DNA of 64,000 nt from Tubulanus polymorphus. Lineage: Eukaryota; Animalia; Nemertea. Below the pieces are notes generated by a model. That model did no database searches, had not been told where the DNA came from, and saw only the letters and a list, made by a program, of their open reading frames with translations. Within the stretch, counting starts at the first letter, position 1. Each line of letters starts with the position of its first letter. The stretch lies in contig NC_134031.1 of NCBI RefSeq assembly GCF_964204645.1, forward strand, positions 18,049,910 to 18,113,909. Reading direction: 5' to 3'. Made by a program: the position numbers and the translations under genes. This document shows positions 52,956 through 64,000 of the stretch, in pieces.

Positions 52956-53951
52956 ATGTCTCAAGTCATGGATAATACAACGAAACAATATGAAAGCGTC
53001 TACTGGCCGGCACAAATTGAAAATGCGTTTATAGCTGATATAAGGAATATGAGAGCTACTCAGTACTGGTTAACGCTGTTAGTTCTGCCCGCTGTAGTTT
53101 TCATTGGTATTTTCGGCAATTCCATGACACTGTTCATCATGCAGATGAAGCTGCGCAATCGAACCTATTCGGTTTATTTCTCTGTAATCGCCGTCACCGA
53201 TTCGGCCATACTCGTAGCCAGACTTCTATTTTGGGTGAATTTTGTGTTGAGGTGTTTAGGAAGAGATATCGTTATCACGTTTCGAAGCACATCGGCGTGC
53301 ATTGCTATCAGCAATATTATGCATATCTGCCAAACTATATCTTCATGGTTTATCGTCGTTGTGACCGTAGAGCGTTTAGCCTGCGTATCACATCCGTTCT
53401 TGACCAGACGATTAAACCGAGTAAACACGGCCCGAGTCATCGCAATTTTGGTAATTCTGATGTGTACAACTTCTGGATTTATAAACTTTTTCAGTATTCG
53501 CTATTATGCACCACAAATGCATTGCGTATACATGAATTATGATAATTTGAACCTTAGATTAAGAATTATATTTTCCTTCACCATATTCTACATACCGGCT
53601 ACTAGCATCTTAATGGCAAACGTTTTACTATTGACCATCCTTCGCTTAAGACGTTTCAAAGGGCGTCGAATTGAACGGAAAGAAAAATCAGATTCCAAGA
53701 CGAACAGAGCCATCACACTAATGACTCTAGTCGTTACGTTTTCATTTCTGTTATTATGCGCCCCCCATTGGATATTCCAGGCCACAGGAGCGTACAGATC
53801 AAAAGTACCGATCGTCAAGGTTTTAGATGATCTGCTTACTTTACTTTACGTCGTCAATTACGCCATCAACTTTTTCCTCTACGTTTTGACCGGTTTCGAA
53901 ATAAGAAACGCGCTTCGTAAAATGTTTTTTTCTTGGCGGAACTGTCAGTAA
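52956..53951 (+). CDS. Intronless class A GPCR, paralog of 18458..19492
   Basis: Seven TM segments; GN, IAVTD, SSWFIVVVTVERL, CAP, INFFLYVLTGFEIR. Confidence 0.9.
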   Translation: MSQVMDNTTKQYESVYWPAQIENAFIADIRNMRATQYWLTLLVLPAVVFIGIFGNSMTLFIMQMKLRNRTYSVYFSVIAVTDSAILVARLLFWVNFVLRCLGRDIVITFRSTSACIAISNIMHICQTISSWFIVVVTVERLACVSHPFLTRRLNRVNTARVIAILVILMCTTSGFINFFSIRYYAPQMHCVYMNYDNLNLRLRIIFSFTIFYIPATSILMANVLLLTILRLRRFKGRRIERKEKSDSKTNRAITLMTLVVTFSFLLLCAPHWIFQATGAYRSKVPIVKVLDDLLTLLYVVNYAINFFLYVLTGFEIRNALRKMFFSWRNCQ

Positions 53952-55356
53952 GGGAGAGGGGGGTTAGTAGGTCGAGGGATGAAACGAACCTGTCTCTGTC
54001 CATCCGTTAATTCCTGTTTATCGATTATCAAATCATTTTCATCTATTTCTATCTCGGGACTGGTGTCTTTCCTTTGTTTAAACTGAGAAATAAGAAAAAA
54101 AAATAGAATATCTTAAAATTACATTTGAAAGCAAAAGAGAACAATACGATTGAGTTTATAGATCTGAATAGTAAACAATACCCAGATCTGTCTCGGATGA
54201 AATTTTACTGTAGAATTAAAACAATAACCTTTAATGAAAAACTCGTTCCGCAAAAATAACATGATATCCAAACTGAGTTTACAACTAAATGATATTTGGA
54301 TATGACTGTAATAGCCTAAACATCGTTCACGTTAGCCCTAGGAAACATTTCAGACTTTTTCTATCTTTTGAAGAGTGGTGGGATATTATATCATTTATCA
54401 TTTGGATATCTAAACAGCGAATTAACTGGATAAATCGACAAGCTTCCAACACAAACATCACATTTGACTCTAAGAGTTTAGACATCGGAAATGAGCTGTA
54501 ACCATTGCATAAACAGTTCACGAAGTCGCACCTTTGGTTTCGGTTTCTGTCGATTTCTCTGAAGCCCTTTTGCCAAATCATCCAGAATTCTCTCCTGTAG
54601 AATAATATTCATATTTATGATAAACATTTGCACGAAGGGAAGTTGGATGAACCTAGTCTGTAATTCCAATATCTTATTCCGTCTTACAATTGTCTTTTAG
54701 AGTTTGTTTTAGACCAACAGGAGCCACGGAGAAGAAAGAGAAAAAGAAATTGTCTTATGCGCAATTTGTAGGAAATGACGCAAGCAACGAATGCCGTTAC
54801 TACCGGGTTATAGCGTGCACGCTTGGTCAGGTGGACCCCTAAAAAGGGGGTAAAATTCATTTATTCAAAGAATAGTAGAAATACAAAATTCTAATCGATA
54901 ATCATAGAAATGAATAAACTGACAGCAGTTGATTGTTGATTTGTTCGTCTTGCCCACAATTTTTATCTCTCATACGTACTTTTAACTCAAATTTCAAAAC
55001 TCGTTCTTAAGTCTCTAAAACGAGTAACTTGTGAGGCCTTCATTCCTCAAAAAATATGATTAATGTTTCGCATTGTGCTGAAGTTGATAGGTGGTGGCGG
55101 CCATTTTGTAAAAATGGGTCGAATTACGGCTGAATGAACTAGTGTATTCATACGCGTCAGTAGTAGATCTGATTAGTGACTGATGACGCCGCTTTAAACG
55201 GGAAATTATAGCAGCTTCTGTCAACAGTGATACGTCTCATAATTCATATGCATGATAGAATATCAGCAAATAGAAGCAGCAGAGGGAAAGGGAGAGGGAG
55301 GGGAGGGAGGAGAGGGAGGGAGGGAGGGAGGGAGGGGAGGGGATGGAGAGGAGGGA

Positions 55357-55773
55357 GGGAGAGGGAGAGGGAGAGGGAGAGGGAGAGGGAGAGGGAGAGG
55401 GAGAGGGAGAGGGAGAGGGAGAGGGAGAGGGAGAGGGAGAGGGAGAGGGAGAGGGAGAGGGAGAGGGAGAGGGAGAGGGAGAGGGAGAGGGAGAGGGAGA
55501 GGGAGAGGGAGAGGGAGAGGGAGAGGGAGAGGGAGAGGGAGAGGGAGAGGGAGAGGGAGAGGGAGAGGGAGAGGGAGAGGGAGAGGGAGAGGGAGAGGGA
55601 GAGGGAGAGGGAGAGGGAGAGGGAGAGGGAGAGGGAGAGGGAGAGGGAGAGGGAGAGGGAGAGGGAGAGGGAGAGGGAGAGGGAGAGGGAGAGGGAGAGG
55701 GAGAGGGAGAGGGAGAGGGAGGGGGAGAGGGAGGGGGAGGGGGAGAGGGAGAGGGAGAGGGAGAGGGAGAGGG
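55357..55773. repeat. (GGGAGA)n microsatellite, about 69 units
   Basis: Near-perfect hexamer run preceded by a purine tract from about 55281. Confidence 0.98.
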
Positions 55774-56817
55774 AAACCTACCAAACATAAAGTCGGATTG
55801 AAATAGACGAAATGTAACTGAGTTTAAAATCTGTTAAAGAATCAAATTCTTTTATAATTAGAGCAAGTACAAGATTCTGAAATATCAAAATTTTCGTAGC
55901 TTTTTTGACTATGAACAAATCGATGAATAATCGATATTTTCAGATGGATATAGGTTTATAAAGGATACGATGAGTCTGTTACAGGTCATGGCTCCTTTGT
56001 CCTCTAAACCAATCATCACATTATATTTGAGTAGTATTTCATTGACTGCCGATAAAGTCAACTCGGTTTTTTTATTCATCTGAAAATATAAAAACATCGA
56101 ATAGATGAATACGTAATTACTATTTACACGAACTTTTGAAGTGTATAGATTGGCGTAAACGGGGAGAGGGGGTTGGGGATATGATTCGTCATTATTGAGC
56201 TTGTTAATTGGCATTCAACTCAACTAATACGACATTTAAAGCACCCCCCCCCCCCTCCTGCAAACTGGAAGCATTATAGAAAGTATCGATATATGGTTTG
56301 TGTGGCGATCAGTTAGTGATAGATTGCAGTTCTGATGGCAGATAAAGTATGAATGATGAATATCTGCAGATCTTACAGATCTATAATCGCCGTCAATTGT
56401 GGATACAAAGGAAAAACTGATCTGTCCCGAGATCCGGAAAATAAAGACACATAGAGCCCATAAACATATAGCTTTCATCATTTGTGGTTTAATTCCGAGA
56501 TCCGAATTCTCCTGAGGAAACGCGGGGTTATTCTGCGCGCGACTGACCAGCCGTATTGCGTATAACACTGATACTCTGGGAAAAAGATGCGCCATTGAAT
56601 TTGGAGATGTCCCAAAGGAATCTCGGCCAATACGAGAGAGAGAGAGAGAGACTGGCGACTTCTTTCTTCTGTCGCTGATAATAAATAAAGAATATTTGCC
56701 TTCAATAATTGATGTATACACGCACAGTCTGCTATCTGACACACACAATATACCGTCTGAATACAAGAAAAAAGTTATAAAACTCGGTCCAGAGTCCAAT
56801 CCAACCCCTACTTAGGA

Positions 56818-57232
56818 ACTGTGGAACTGGGTCCAGATTGAGATTAAACCCACATTACTGTGGAACTGGATCCAGATTGAGATTAAACCCACATTACTGT
56901 GGAACTGGATCCAGATTGAGATTAAACCCACATTACTGTGGAACTGGATCCAGATTGAGATTAAACCCACATTACTGTGGAACTGGATCCAGATTGAGAT
57001 TAAACCCACATTACTGTGGAACTGGATCCAGATTGAAATTAAACCCACACAACTGTGAAACAAGATTCAGACTCAAATAAAACCCATATACAACTGTGGA
57101 ATTTGATCCAGAGACAAATTATACCCACACAACTGTGGAACATGAGTCAAACTAATAAACCCCACACTGCTGTGGAACTGGACCCAGGGTCAAATTAAAC
57201 CCACACAACTGTGGAACTGAATCCAGAGTCAG
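56818..57232. repeat. 39-bp minisatellite, about 10 units, homogeneous on the left and degenerating rightward
   Basis: Unit actgtggaactggatccagattgagattaaacccacatt. Confidence 0.95.
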
Positions 57233-60167
57233 ATTGTTTTATGTATCTGGGTAAAAGTATTCAAATTATTAGCAATTTGTCTGCTAGCTATGAGAATTAT
57301 TCATATAAAAGACATATATCTAAGACTATATCGAATGAGCGCCGTACAGAGAATATATATGACTGTCTATAAAGAACTCGTGGAATGTGATTTAGTCAGG
57401 CAATGTGACGATTGTCGTGTGTCCGATACATGTCATATCATATCTCATAGAAAGTGACGGTCATTATCTTTTCGTAAGGTTTTCGTCTGTTGAAATGGAG
57501 AGGGAGGAAAAAGCAGTCAGAGATAGGGGAGGAAAAAGGGAGATTTGAAAGTTGACCCAAATTTTTTTTACATTGACTTTTCGAATGGCAATCTTTAGGG
57601 GATTCGTTCGGCACGGGCCTAACAGAGGGAGAGAAAGGGGGGATAGAAAAGGATAGAGATAGAGCAGAGAGTGTGGTATATAGTGGTTTCTTGATGACTG
57701 AGATTACTTGATGTCTACGATACTTAACGGCCTCTCTCACCCTCTTGCCTCTCCCCCTCTCTCTCTCTCCCTCTCTCTCTAGCGATGAAGCGAGATAAAA
57801 TCCCTTGTCGACGTTTTGATAAATGACCTAAAATGGCTTTGTAATCACCGGAGTATCAGCGCGATGGCGGCTAGGGGATGCTGTGACAATCTGAGACTAC
57901 CGCTATCAAAACCACCACAACTATCAAAATCGCATTGATATATCACGCATTAATCTCAATAGCGATGATATATCAATTTTCGACTGTCCGCATCGGAAGA
58001 AAATTTCGATCCTGTCCGCACGAAGATGGGAAGATTTTACAGATGTCCTGGAATTGGGAAAATGAGGCTTTCACGGTATCATTACACCTCTCTAGTGCCT
58101 GGTGTCACAAGAAGCTTTAGCGGCGGCGTCATTATCATTGATTATTGTGTCATATCGGTTGGAATCATCTATATGTTTCCTGCACCCTAGAATTACAGCT
58201 AGTTAAGTGTGTGAATGTCAGCTGTGTGACCGTGTTCATCGCACCCCTCTCTCTCTTTCTCTCGTTGTCTCTGGGTTAACAACTACTATCACTATTTGAC
58301 ACCATTCATGATTCGTGCCACTGCATGAAAATTGACGGTTTTGAAGTATGACTTTCACACCTACGACAGCAATTACTCAGAATCCGGTCAGAGAGAATCC
58401 CGGAGACATCGCTCGAAACCGGCATAATCAACGGCCACTGATTGGTCCAACCAGGGAAGTGTGATGATCACACTTCCCTGGTCCAACTGAACGCACGACT
58501 CAGCCGTAATGGACTGTTAGTCCGGTCAGTAGTCTATAGCATCACGGTGGATAGCGAGTCCGGTCAGTGATCCTGAAACGGACAGACTATCCAGTCCCCG
58601 GTCCGAGGGCCACAATAGAATGTTTAAATGCCACACTCTTTACAGTGTATTTAAACCCGAGGGTGTAGCTAGCTTTCATACATCCGCACATTCAAACTGA
58701 CGCCATGATTATATATTCTAGGCTTCAAGTCTCCAGGGGTCGTTGGGTTGGTAGGTCTCCACTTGAAGGCGCTTTGGTCGCGGTCTCCACTCAATCAAGA
58801 ATTAATCAAGTAAGTCACCGCATCGCTGAAGAGAACCCCATCCCCCGTCGCGCCCCTCTCCTCTCCAGAGATCAGAGACACACTGATTCAAGCACCCTTC
58901 ACACGACTAAAGCAAATCAATAGACATACCGCTGGGAGTACTAGATAGACCCGAACTAACTGTTGATCCGAGAGTAAATTGATTACACTCTCTTGATGAA
59001 ATCAAATGAGCAAATTCGGTAATTTCTCACACAAGAACCGGATATGAAATTGCGAACAGTACCGCGTCGCCCTCGACTCGATTAGCATCCCCTCAGGCGG
59101 AGTCTCTACACCCGTCGGTTCGGGTGCTACCGTTTATCCGCCTCGTTAATCCACGACTAGTGGTAATTAATTTTACTTCTACACTCGCGGGTATGAACGA
59201 TACTCTTGATCAATCGTTATGGCTTCATTTAACCGATAAAGATCACAGATATATTTACTGCCACGAAACAATGACGGATGATAATCATACAGCATCCCGT
59301 ACATAACACCTTCATAGCGTAGCGAGCTATAGACCTCACCCTACTATCTCCCTCTCTCCTTCATTATCATCAGTCTCTCTCTATCTCCCCTTCACCTCTC
59401 TTATTTCCTCTCTCCCCATCTGTCTCCCCTCTCGGATAATCTACATTCTATCATCGCCTCATGTCCGTCTCCTCTCTGCCACAACCTCTCTCTTCTGCAT
59501 CCACCATCTTTTTTATCCATCCCCTACCCCCTCCATCTCCGTCTCCCCAACACATCAGAAACTCAGGATATTAGATATTTTTCCAGCACAGTTTGATGGA
59601 GTCGGTTTTTACGCGTTCTGTGTAACTTCTGTAATCTCCGGAATTTAGTGTCGTTTTAACGAACCGAAATTTTTTCCGACTTCCTCCGCGAGTGTTCGAC
59701 GTAAAACAGATCTACTACCGCTCGACGGAAATTCAAACTGAAACCGAGTCAGGAGAAGACTGTATAAATTGACAAGGGGTAGAATGTGGACTGTGGCAAT
59801 TGAGGATTCCACTGTGGCAAGTGAGGATCCACCAGTTGTCGACAACGATGCCCGATGTCGATAGAAATGAGTTTGAAATGTTCCCTTGAGCTAGTAGTTT
59901 ATTGTGACTAAATCCTAACAGTGATCTTTGGAAATACTAAGTTAGTAAACTTTTAGCTCAAGGAAACATTTTGGACTCTTTGGAACACGAAGTTAACTTA
60001 GTCAAAATAGAATAGCTACTTCACTGCTTTTTAGGACTTGTCAACTATACGTGCATATACAGTGCCTAACAATTGATGAAACAGTCTGTTCTCAATAATA
60101 AAAAGATATAATGAAATCCCACTCTGAGAATAAAAAGAGTCCGTCATGTTTTCTTTTACTAATAATC

Positions 60168-60204
60168 TATCAGACGTTTCGACTAATCGTCATCTTCAGT
60201 AATA
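60168..60204 (-). ncRNA. Minimal type I hammerhead ribozyme motif (Penelope-like element / retrozyme type)
   Basis: Minus strand reads UAUUA-CUGAAGA-U-GAC-GAUUA-GUC-GAAA-CGUC-UGAUA: conserved core, 3-bp stem II, palindromic ACGU stem III, 5-bp stem I with one G-U pair, GUC cleavage triplet. Confidence 0.65.
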
Positions 60205-61948
60205 TAATTGTAGTAGTTACTGAGAATGACTATAAGTCGAAAAGTCGAAAAGTCGAAAAGTCGAACAATCATCTTCAGAAGCATTGAAGATTAAACTGAA
60301 GGTTAAGTCTCTAAAGAAGCTATTTTAACAACACTATAAACAAATCAAAGAGCCGAGCGGACGAGAGATCACGTGTCACAGGCTGTTAATCGTCTGTCAA
60401 CCCCTCAGGCTGATGTCGTCTGCCAGTGCTAATTGCACCGATGTAAAATCCAATTTTAAATCGGCGAGCAGTCGAGAGAAGACTACATTTCAAGGACTTC
60501 AATTTCAACTTCTCATGTCTGTTCTTTTCCATGAAGAGATATCGAGGCTCAGAGATGGTTAGAATTAGATCTGTTTTCAGACCCGAGACGGTTCGGTCAA
60601 TTCTCAGTTTCCAGGTCGCAAAGGGTTGGTAGCCTATATAATGCTACAGGCAAAGACTTCAGTCAAGCGCATCAAGAGAAGCCCAAATTTGGACGGGCGA
60701 CAGTATAAGGTCAAAAATGGGAATCTTTGGCCATTTTCATGACTAACAGTGAAAGAAATTCAGAGCCACCGGTCCCTAAACCGTTTGTTTGCCGTCAATT
60801 GCCAAACGTTGTCTTTGTTGTTACTGATTTCCATTTCAACCATGACGTATACACGACTGACTGATTGTCGCCATTATTAACTTAAAATCTCGCCAAGGCA
60901 GAAAAACAGACTTCGAAGACGTTTTTATAGTTCACCATTTTTGGAGCTACGAGCCGTTTCATCTCTGTTTTTTTTGTTTTTTCTTCTCTTCCATTTAAAC
61001 TATGACGTCAGTGTCATGTAACAGTCACCGCCATTATCAACTTTAAATCTCGTTGAAGCTAAAAACTGACTCCTAATTTAAGCGATTGAAATTGATTCCG
61101 AATCCATACGAAACATTGGCCAAGGTGAACACAGTTCTCGGAAGCCATATTATTCCCGTTAATGAGACTTTCTCCGACCGACGCTGCGTGAAAAAAGACA
61201 TTTTTCTAGACAAATTTCGTGGGTTTGATATTTTCACCGATAACATCAGTTAAGATAATGCACTTTTCGACGATTTTATTTCCGTACGTTCATTATTTTC
61301 CCGTATTCTACTATCGGTGAAAAATAACAAAATGACGAAAATTGTAGAAAAATTTATCATAGCATATAAAAAAACGAAGTTAAGAACTTGTCCGCTCAAA
61401 ATGTGGATGGGATTTTTTGTTTTTACTCCGAGTTGTCGAACGCAACAGGATCCACTTAGCCGGGAATCAAGTCCAAAAATGGTCGTACCTCTGAAGACTA
61501 TTGTCCGGACCAACACCTTGTTTGGCCATAGAAAAAAACTTAGACTGGTCCTAAATCTATGCCACGACTGTACAACTGGTTCCAAGACAACTGAACTCAG
61601 ACTGTTTTTTCAATGATATGCGCGCGCATTCCGACGTGATCCTGGTATTTCCGGTAGAAAATCTCGTTCTGGGAGATGTTTATTCAATACCGAACCCGAG
61701 TATTCGAAATATTCCTGACAAAAATGAAATTTTTTCTGAATTGAATCTTTGAAGAGGCGTAACGACAATCGAATAACACGTGGCTTGAATAGAATCGAGG
61801 AGTTTATGCAAATTTCCTCACAGGCACGCACACGTGACGGAACACGTGGTACACGAGCGAGGACGTGGTCACATTCGCGAGAATTTACGAGATATAATCG
61901 TAATTAACCACTGATAGGTACTTAATCGTTAACCGAATATAAGCAGTA

Positions 61949-62081
61949 GCTAACAAGAGACTGTCAGCCCGGTCGGCGTAAAAGCGGTCGCTAACGTGAA
62001 ACTGTGAGCCCGGTCGGCGTAAAAGCGGTCGCTAACGAGACACTGTCAGCGCGGTCGGCGTGAAAGCGGTCGCTAACGAGA
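61949..62081. repeat. 41-bp tandem repeat, about 3.2 copies
   Basis: gctaac at 61949, 61990, 62031 and 62072; core cggtcggcgtaaaagcggtc. Confidence 0.9.
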
Positions 62082-64000
62082 CGGTTGTGACATTCAATGA
62101 TTCAATGATGACTTTCTACCCAAGTGCTGCCAGTATCTAATCGGCAAACCCCTCTACCGCTGCCAATATGTAATCGGCAAACTCTCTACCATCAAATTCT
62201 TCCGCTTGGTTGACTAATTTTAGACACAAATCTGGAGGTCGTTTTTTCTATCGTGTCTTGTTATTCGTTCCGTTCGCTCTCACCGCGGATTCGCATTAGC
62301 CGGAAAATAGAAAACAGGGATTTGTTTTTTGGTTTCGTCGCTCAGTTGTGTCCGGCGCGACTGAGACTCGTGACACGGATAGCGGTTACGTTACTAAGCG
62401 ATGGCATCAGATAAAAAGAAAACATACAGAATTCGAATGAACGAATGGAAGTCTAGAGATTTTTCTTCGTAACCCGGGGAAGCGTGGAGAGTATTGAGGA
62501 CGGTAAAGAGATCAGCTATTGGCATGCCATCTGAATTCCAATAATCCCTTCAGCTATTCAGAATCAATTAATATCTAAACGATTTAAGGCCCAGGGAGCC
62601 ACCCTTCCCTCCCTATTTTACCGATTTCACACCCTGGCCTGCAAACAACCAGGAGCATAAAAAAACTAAAGATGATTTCAACTAAATAATCATTGCTGGT
62701 AATTTTGTTTTCGATTCACTATGCTCAGCAAATGATCTATTTTTCAATTTTTCTTGGGTTTTAACTTCATCAATGAGTTAAGTCAATACAGAAAACACTT
62801 TTCCCAATAAGTACTCTGCTGTTTCTGCATTGATTTTATTCATTTCCCTGATGAAGCTGCTCTATGCACTAGAAGAGAAATCTCGTATAATCTTCTAGTC
62901 CGTTCCATCTTTATATTCATTTGGCTGTGATGAAGCTATGCACTAGTAGCGGAAGCTACCTCCATAGACCTGTTAACTCATTTACCTAATGAAACTAAAC
63001 TATACACCATTAGCAAAAGCTAATCAAAATTTCTAGTCAAGTCATTTACCAGACCTGTTTCCACATTTTGCTTAAAATAGGTGAACGGAAAATATCAATA
63101 TCTCGTGAGCTGCAGGTTGTTTTAACCTTGCCGAATTGATCGTGAGACGCAATGAGGCCCGGTTGTCTGACGCACTTCTTCCTATTTAGGAATCTCGTAG
63201 TTGTTTTCGGTCAATGATTTAAGAAGCACCTGTGGCAGTACAGGTCGGGGGAACGATAAACACTGATGATGCGATGTTTTGACGAATTCTCAGAAAAATT
63301 AGCAACTAAATAATCGACGTATTTGAGACGGAACTACAGCAATGGATGCATGGTTGGATATATCAGTTTTTTTTCGCGTGGGTTCGCACCAGTCTGGGTA
63401 GAGAATATTCTGAAATGAAATATCGCATTGCCGTCGATTCATGAGAGTGGTGACTGGTCGGTCGATTTTGAGATAAAACTCTTGAGAATTCTGCAATATG
63501 TTGAGTTTCTCTCTCTCTCTCCGGCGCCGAGTAACAGTGGAACTGGTAAAAGTCTCTCTGGTTGTAGACGGATAGACGCAGACGTCAATTCGGATTAATG
63601 CAAATCACGCGTCACTTTCCGATCGAAATTTCGTGTAATACGAACTAAAGTTGAAACCCGTATCAAAATAACGGTTCATTGATTTTAGTATCGGGTTTTT
63701 ATGAGCTGTGACTCCGTTCGGGAATCGCATGTTGATCCGTGAGCTACGAGTCTATGTAACACAGTGCGAGTCTGGTGGTGGCTGACAGCGACGGGGTGAG
63801 AGAGGAGAGAGTATAAGAGAGAGACGAACGAAAAAGCTGCCGGGGGAAAGTGCGGGAGATAGAGGAGAGAGGGAAAAGAAGAGATAGCGTTGAAGGAAAG
63901 AAGACGGAAAGAGGAGATAGGGAGAGAAGGGAGAGGGAGGCCCGAGGAAGCAAAGGAACAGTTGAGAGAGGCATAGAATAGAGGACTTAAAGGGAGAGGG

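Noticed and set aside
55180-55215. CTGATGA..CCG/CGG..GAAA hammerhead-like motif
   Set aside because: No stem I pairing or convincing cleavage triplet; likely chance or too decayed.
55227-55806. ORFs encoding poly-RE, poly-GR, poly-EG, poly-PS and poly-PL
   Set aside because: Translation artifacts of the (GGGAGA)n microsatellite, which is stop-free in all frames.
56812-57080. ORFs with 13-aa repeats
   Set aside because: Product of the 39-bp minisatellite.

Overview
Eukaryotic, intron-rich, AT-rich animal genomic DNA; the gene and repeat content suggests a lophotrochozoan-type invertebrate (inference). Protein genes reconstructed by hand from GT-AG boundaries: a FAM124-like last exon (+), a multi-exon C2H2 zinc-finger/AT-hook gene (-) head-to-head with PHPT1/janus (+), a divergent 380-aa actin (+), three intronless class A GPCRs (+), TMEM26 (+), a 133-aa GPI-type Ly6/uPAR three-finger gene (-) and a 10-exon SLC22 transporter (-). 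A decayed antistasin-repeat gene lies between two GPCRs and is mostly missed by the ORF track. Non-coding DNA is dense in non-autonomous DNA transposons (5-bp-TSD hAT-like, TTAA piggyBac-like, Kolobok-like, CTG/TAA-TSD Harbinger-like, and a 2.5-kb TIR element carrying a ~191-bp satellite). The most unusual signals are an intact-looking minimal hammerhead ribozyme with decayed relatives, three 23-29-bp palindrome sites with 7-bp flanking duplications resembling P-element excision scars, MITE termini amplified into minisatellites, and two long foldbacks. No tRNA/rRNA genes or CRISPR arrays were found. All coordinates were counted by hand and no searches were run.
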